Shown here piece by piece: positions 16,878-22,063 of a DNA stretch of 22,063 nt. The stretch is from the IMG/VR virus record IMGVR_UViG_2778261447_000003. The stretch is one strand, 5' to 3'. Numbering within the stretch: position 1 is the stretch's first letter; every line of letters starts with the position of its first letter. The notes under the pieces were generated by a model. That model did no database searches. It saw only the letters and a program-made list of their open reading frames with translations, and was not told the origin of the DNA. The position numbers were made by a program, and so were the translations under genes. The DNA comes from a virus (taxonomy: Duplodnaviria > Heunggongvirae > Uroviricota > Caudoviricetes).

Positions 16878-17528
16878 TTAGAAGTTCAGATTTTTCAGTG
16901 CATTCAGTGCAGAGCCCACATCCTCAGCGTCGCGCAGGGACAGTGCGCCATAGCCCCCGGCCATGAATGCTTTGGCCTGGGTACGGGAGAGTCCGACATC
17001 ACGCAGGACTCTTTCGATTTTTTTCTGTTCGGGGATTTCACCGCGGGCCAGCGCGTTCTTGACGTCGCTGATCCGCGCCTCGTCGTTAGACGGGAACGTC
17101 ACCAGACTGACTTCCCAGAGGTCGATTTCTTTCAACAGAAAGGCTTCTTTACTCCGGTCGTATTCCCAGTCTTTCAGGACGTACCCAATAGAAAGGCCGG
17201 TTAACGAACCGGCCTTCATGTGTGCATGTGCGCGTTTTGCGAGGGGATCATCATCAATGAGCAACCGTCCCCTGACGTAAAGCCCGACATCGTCTTCCTT
17301 CATTTCGGTATAAACACCGATGGGTTCATCCATGCGGTGCTGCCAGAGCAGCGCAGGTAACGCTTTTCTGTCACTCCACGCCCGCAGGGAAGCAGCAAAT
17401 GCCCCGGACATCACCACATCATCGTGGCTGTCCTTTACACCAAAGACGGAGCCATACCCTTCAAACTCACCGGAGTCACTGACAGATTTCAGACTCAGCG
17501 GTACATCAAGACGTTGTTTCGTCTGCAT
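16878..17528 (-). CDS. Prohead maturation protease, HK97 family (about 216 aa)
   Basis: Position between portal and capsid genes. I prefer the ATG at 17526-17528 (AAGGA Shine-Dalgarno) to the track start at 17564, which has none. Confidence 0.8.
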   Translation of the reverse strand: MQTKQRLDVPLSLKSVSDSGEFEGYGSVFGVKDSHDDVVMSGAFAASLRAWSDRKALPALLWQHRMDEPIGVYTEMKEDDVGLYVRGRLLIDDDPLAKRAHAHMKAGSLTGLSIGYVLKDWEYDRSKEAFLLKEIDLWEVSLVTFPSNDEARISDVKNALARGEIPEQKKIERVLRDVGLSRTQAKAFMAGGYGALSLRDAEDVGSALNALKNLNF

Positions 17529-18747
17529 TGGCGTTATCCTTCTGCTTACCGGCTTTACTGCCATCGGAGGGTTTCGTGGTCATATTCATCGGTGTGAGAT
17601 AGACATCACCACCGGGACGCGGATTCATATCTTCCAGGTCGCGGCAGTCATTGGGAGAGTAAATTCCCCAGTTGATCCCGGTGGCATAGGCTTCAAAACG
17701 GGACTTCATATCCCCGCGCAGTAACGCCCCGGCGTTAAATTTGGCGTAATAAATGCCCTGCTTACTTTTTCGTACCAGTCCGGTGTTGATCCGCTGCTCA
17801 ATGCGGGTCAGATACGGCACCAGTGAATAGTTGATAAATCCCAGCCCCAGCTCTTCGATATTGTTGAAGGTGGCGCGATCGGTGTTCTGCACCATGTGCA
17901 ATGGCACACGGAACAGACGACAGATTTCTTCAAGCTGAAACTTGCGGGTTTCCAGGAACTGGCTGTCCTCGGCGTTCAGCGCCATCGACTTCCAGTCCAG
18001 CCCCATCTCAAGGATCATCGGGCGGTGAGCATTACCAAGCCCGGTGTGACGCTCCTCAAAATCTTTCTTCAGGCGCTCGTAAGCCTGATCCGACAACGTC
18101 TGCTCTGTACGCAACACACCCGACGTCACCGCACCATTGCTGAACAGTCTGGCCCCGTGCTCTTCGGTCGCTGCCGCCAGCGATATTGCCTCGCGGGCAT
18201 AGGCGATGGGATTCAGCCCCACCAGTCCGTCCAGCGTCAGCGTGCGCACATGCCAGATATCTTCCTGGCTCAGCACATCCGTGGAGCCGTCCGGGAATGT
18301 GACCTGATAGACCGGCTCCCAGCTACTGTTAAGCTTCGGTACCACACAGCCGGGATCGACGGGCAGCAGTTCAGCCACTTCGCCAAATGCTTTCACTTTG
18401 TAGGCGTAAAAGTTTCCCCTCAGGCACAGACAGGTGACCACCAGCTCCCAGAACTCCTGCGGCGTCATATAGCCATTGGGATGCGTGGAGATCAGTTTAT
18501 GCAGACGTTCGCCGGTGGCTCTCTGCTTCAGGCTGCCGTTCAGGTGATACAGATTGCAGGGCAACATCCCGACCGACTCTGCCAGCACTCTGACGCAGGA
18601 AAAAACCGCCGTCAGTCGCATGGCCCGCTGACTGCTGATCTGCTTTCCGGTATAGGTGTCGTAGGACAACCCGATGGCATCCGCCAGCTCTGCTGGCGTG
18701 GTCACCGGTGCGTCACTTTTTCGTTGAAATAATCCAGAAAAGAACAC
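17506..18747 (-). CDS. Portal protein, HK97 family (413 aa)
   Basis: GTG start at 18745-18747 with GGAGG Shine-Dalgarno, overlapping the stop of the upstream small ORF; size and position after the large terminase. Confidence 0.88.
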   Translation of the reverse strand: MFFSGLFQRKSDAPVTTPAELADAIGLSYDTYTGKQISSQRAMRLTAVFSCVRVLAESVGMLPCNLYHLNGSLKQRATGERLHKLISTHPNGYMTPQEFWELVVTCLCLRGNFYAYKVKAFGEVAELLPVDPGCVVPKLNSSWEPVYQVTFPDGSTDVLSQEDIWHVRTLTLDGLVGLNPIAYAREAISLAAATEEHGARLFSNGAVTSGVLRTEQTLSDQAYERLKKDFEERHTGLGNAHRPMILEMGLDWKSMALNAEDSQFLETRKFQLEEICRLFRVPLHMVQNTDRATFNNIEELGLGFINYSLVPYLTRIEQRINTGLVRKSKQGIYYAKFNAGALLRGDMKSRFEAYATGINWGIYSPNDCRDLEDMNPRPGGDVYLTPMNMTTKPSDGSKAGKQKDNANADETTS

Positions 18748-18929
18748 TATTTACCTCCGCCGACAGACGACTGTGTACGGTCGAGATATCGCGCCACCAG
18801 CCACGACCAGAACAGGCACAACGCCCCGGCAACAACAAACCCCGCCGGGGGATAAATCAGCCAGGCACCATACGCCAGCAAAAGCGCCCCCAGCACGCCC
18901 ACCAGAGGCGCGAGAATCAGCATGATCAT
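18747..18929 (-). CDS. Small two-helix membrane protein (60 aa)
   Basis: [51 protein letters not shown] has two hydrophobic helices. GAGGT Shine-Dalgarno 5 nt upstream of the ATG; translationally coupled to the portal gene. Possibly the counterpart of e14 YmfR. Confidence 0.6.
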
Positions 18930-18940
18930 AATTACCTCAG

Positions 18941-20674
18941 TTAAAGCGAGCGGATCCCATAGGACTCAATGTGGTCAGACAGCGTGTCTTCTTTCTCGTA
19001 CAGCATGGCTCTGCCAACCGCCATAATCAGCGCAACTGCACCATCGATTTTGTTTTCCGCCTGCTCTTTGACGGGCTTCACTAAATCATCGTTACCTGGC
19101 ATGTTTTTGCCGACCACATTGCCGATACACCAGGTCATGATGGGATTGCCGTCATGATGAAAGCGTCCCGATTCAATCGCTGCCTCCAGCTCTTTCATCG
19201 GGTCGGACATATTGGCGAAGTTCTGGACGATAGTAACGGGATTCAGGTCTTCATCAGCAAGGTCATGTGACAGCCCGGTCGCTCCGAAAGGGTCGATGGG
19301 TGACTCACTGACCGGGCTGATTTTGTTCGCCGCTTTGGCCTCTTCGAGGATGTAGCGATAATCCACCTCTGCACCATCGGTAACGGTCAGAACGCCCATT
19401 TCCACCCATTTCTGAAAGCGTTCGGCTGTCCGGCGATCTTCATTTTTCTCGACGCTGTACACCGTGTCATACGGTACCCAGAAACGCGGGGCCACACTGT
19501 AGTAATGCGTTTTACCGTCAATCTCGCGGGTATAAAGTCGCGCCATGCTGTTCATATCCAGTTTACGCGCCATGTCAAAGGCCAGAATGCACGGCTGCCC
19601 CTCGAACTGCTCAAGAGTCAGTGATTTATCCTCGCAGCTCTGCCAGCTCACCAGGTTGAAATACGCCGAACGCGCCGACACCCAGATATTGAGGTGTTTT
19701 GTTTTAAAGACGTTTGCCAGACGGGCGTTATTTTTCGCACGCTGCTGCTGACTTAACAAAAATTCGCGATAAACCGACACGCCAATATTTGGATTGGCTT
19801 TTTCCAGCACCTGCGGGTTGGTCCAGTCGTCACCTTCGTCAACGGTATAGATGATCCCGAACAGTTCATCGTTGGGTACCGAACCGTTGAGCATCTCGAT
19901 AACTTCCCGTCGCTTGTCGTAGCACGGCCCCTCAATGTTGTACCCGGCAGTAGTAATGGCCCACATCAGTGGCTGACGTCGCGCCCCCATCCCGGTAAGC
20001 ATCGTGGTGTAAAGCGCATCGGTGGCGTGCTCGTGATATTCATCCACCACCGCACAGTGGGGTGATGAACCATCACCGGGGTTACCGATCAGCGGTTCAA
20101 ACCGCGCGCCATCCTCCGGACGATTCATGTTTGAGGCGTTAACCTCAATCCCGAACGCTTCCGTCAGCATGGGTGTGCGTTTACACATCAGTCGCGCCGG
20201 GCGAAAGACTTCCCACGCCTGTTTCTCTGTCGTGGCACCGGAATACACTTCCGCGCCAAACTCGTTATCACAGACAAAACAATACAGGGCAACACCGGCA
20301 GAGATTGCCGATTTGCCGTTCTTACGGGGGATTTCGGTATACACCTCCCGGAAGCGGCGCAACCGGGTGCCTTTATTGACCCAGCCAAACGCACAGCAGA
20401 TCACAAAGAGCTGCCACGGCTCCAGCGTGATGGGCATCCTCTTGAATGCCCACTCACCCTTGGTGTGCGGCAACAGCTGAATAAATTTCGCGGCCCGTTC
20501 AGCCAGGTCCTTGTCGAAGCGGTAACGAAACGACTTACTTTTTTCCGCCATCAGGTCATCAAGATGGCGCTGGCAGGCCTGAATCACAAACTGGCAGGCC
20601 ACAATCTTTCCGCGAACGACATCCCGGGCATACTGATTGGCAGCATTTACGTTGGGGTAAGATTTCCGGCTCAT
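18941..20674 (-). CDS. Terminase large subunit (577 aa)
   Basis: Walker A-like PRKNGKS, C-terminal nuclease-like domain, size; start overlaps the small-terminase stop (ATGA). Confidence 0.92.
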
Positions 20675-21165
20675 GATTCGATGATTTTCAGAAACGGGTT
20701 AGTGGCTTTCTTCTTCCCCGCCAGGCCAATCAGACGCTGGCGGCTGCTGGGGTCGAGTCCGAGCATTGCCCCCGTACTGCTCATCTCGGACTCCTGTTCT
20801 TTTTTGGCGGTCAGCTCCGGATTTTTGACCATACCGCCCATTGCACCGGTGATGGTATTGCCCTGTCTGGCAATATTTTTCACGGCACGTCGCCAGAACT
20901 CGTAGGCCACGCACCACCGCTCAAGCACTGCGAGGTCAGTCACGCACAGCAGGCCCTGACCGCAGAGTTCTTTGGTTGTCAGTTGCCACATGATCGTAGC
21001 GAGAGGGAGATCTTCTTCAGCGAACCACTCCGGTGGCTCAACACCTTTGATGGGCGTAAAAACAGGTTCATCTTTATTCAGGGCTCGCTTGCCGGGGTTT
21101 CCGGCCAGCGCCTTGCGCGCCGTTGGCTTGGGGCGACGCCCGGAACGCCCCGCCGTTCCAGCCAT
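20671..21165 (-). CDS. Terminase small subunit, P27 family (about 164 aa)
   Basis: Basic N-terminus; directly upstream of and overlapping the large terminase. The track start at 21174 is a GTG; the ATG at 21163-21165 has an AGGAG Shine-Dalgarno. Confidence 0.8.
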   Translation of the reverse strand: MAGTAGRSGRRPKPTARKALAGNPGKRALNKDEPVFTPIKGVEPPEWFAEEDLPLATIMWQLTTKELCGQGLLCVTDLAVLERWCVAYEFWRRAVKNIARQGNTITGAMGGMVKNPELTAKKEQESEMSSTGAMLGLDPSSRQRLIGLAGKKKATNPFLKIIES

Positions 21166-21290
21166 ATGCGGCACTCCTGGTTAAATTTCATTTTTCGCGG
21201 GTATAAAAAAACGATGGGGCGGGCAGTCCGGAAGACGTCAGGTCACAGGGATTTGCCCCCCCCCTCCCCTCTGGCAGTGGGAACTGGTTC

Positions 21291-21641
21291 TTACTTCAGC
21301 CGTTCACGGGCCGTCTTCGCCTTATGACACGGCCAGCACAAACTCTGCAGATTACTGTCGACATCAGTGCCGCCATGCGATTTAGGGTTGATGTGGTCAA
21401 CGGTCTTCGCCTCACGCACCACACCAGCACGCAGACATAACTGACACAGGCCTTTGTCACGCTTGAGCACACGTTCACGGATAACATCCCATTTCGAACC
21501 ATAACCGCGCTGGTGTCGGGATTGTCCTGACTTGTATTGCTTCCAGCCTTCGCTTTTGTGGCTTTCGCAGTAGCCTGACGAGTCAGTGGTGGTATGGGGG
21601 CAGCCGCGAACGCGGCAGGCTTTTGGGGTTCGTGGTGGCAT
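21291..21641 (-). CDS. Phage HNH endonuclease of the packaging module (about 116 aa)
   Basis: HNH/zinc motif CQLCLRAGVVREAKTVDHINPKSHGGTDVDSNLQSLCWPCHKAK. ATG at 21639-21641 with AGAGGA Shine-Dalgarno; the track ORF extends 21 codons further upstream. HNH next to terminase is typical of HK97-like packaging. Confidence 0.8.
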   Translation of the reverse strand: MPPRTPKACRVRGCPHTTTDSSGYCESHKSEGWKQYKSGQSRHQRGYGSKWDVIRERVLKRDKGLCQLCLRAGVVREAKTVDHINPKSHGGTDVDSNLQSLCWPCHKAKTARERLK

Positions 21642-21791
21642 TGCATAATCCTCTTGGATGGTTCGCGTGCGATACGTGGCATCCTTCTCAGAATCGAATC
21701 GCACTCCACTCCGGTTTTGCCATAAACGATCTTTTATGCTTCGCTGGATGTAGTTGATAGTTGTTGAAACTCAATGAACAGGAGTTCACAA

Positions 21792-22063
21792 ATGAATAGT
21801 TATGAATGGGAATGGCTTTTAAACAAAGATGACACCCTATGCTTTTTCCCCGTAGGCCATTCTGTAGAAGGTAATTACAAAATTCACTTTGAGTTGAGCG
21901 GTAGTTGTAACCTTAGAGTCTCAGATGCTGAATGGCATGGTAAACCTGTACTGCTGTTCGAATACTTCGATGAAGATGATGACCGCTGGATTTGCCCCTA
22001 TATTTCCAGACATCTGTTATCACTTAACCCATTACAAGCCCGCTGCCGCAGATATTCCCGTGG
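21792..22063 (+). CDS. Hypothetical protein, 5' part only (at least 90 codons, runs off the window)
   Basis: ATG at 21792 with AGGAG Shine-Dalgarno 8 nt upstream; open to the window end (MNSYEWEWLLNKDDTLCFFPVGHSVEGNYKIHFELSGSCNLRVSDAEWHGKPVLLFEYFDEDDDRWICPYISRHLL...). Divergent from the packaging operon and AT-rich. Not in the track because no stop lies in the window. Confidence 0.5.
   Translation, partial: MNSYEWEWLLNKDDTLCFFPVGHSVEGNYKIHFELSGSCNLRVSDAEWHGKPVLLFEYFDEDDDRWICPYISRHLLSLNPLQARCRRYSR

Noticed and set aside
17896-18732. 278-aa plus-strand ORF
   Set aside because: Lies entirely antisense to the well-supported portal gene; composition rich in R, Q, H and L is typical of shadow ORFs in GC-rich DNA; no ribosome binding site context.
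21296-21709. 137-aa minus-strand ORF overlapping the HNH gene in another frame
   Set aside because: The alternative frame (21291-21641) carries the recognisable HNH zinc-finger motif; this one is a frame artefact.
1-22063. CRISPR arrays, tRNA or rRNA genes, insertion sequences
   Set aside because: I found no regularly spaced direct repeats, no tRNA-like cloverleaf candidates and no transposase-like ORFs or terminal inverted repeats; this was a visual scan only.

Overview
The window reads as one arm of an e14-like prophage of Escherichia/Shigella type, integrated in the 3' end of the host icd gene; almost everything is transcribed on the minus strand. From left to right: host DNA with the icd intrinsic terminator and a displaced 54-codon icd 3' fragment (121-345); the phage/host junction near 340-350; an AT-rich cargo arm carrying the McrA HNH restriction endonuclease and a Pin-family serine DNA invertase; a roughly 1.9 kb invertible tail-fibre segment bounded by hix/gix-like crossover sites; a Mu-like contractile tail and baseplate module; an HK97-like head module; and the packaging module (small and large terminase, HNH endonuclease). 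A truncated, AT-rich plus-strand ORF of unknown function begins at 21792. All identifications rest on motifs I recognise, reading-frame analysis I did by hand, and gene order; no database search was run. I could not pin down a clearly novel system. The candidates most worth a second look are the unknown divergent ORF at the window edge, the small membrane protein wedged between terminase and portal, and two small unassigned ORFs in the head-neck region. The region appears to be an intact counterpart of the deleted e14 element of E. coli K-12, which is an inference from recalled gene order.
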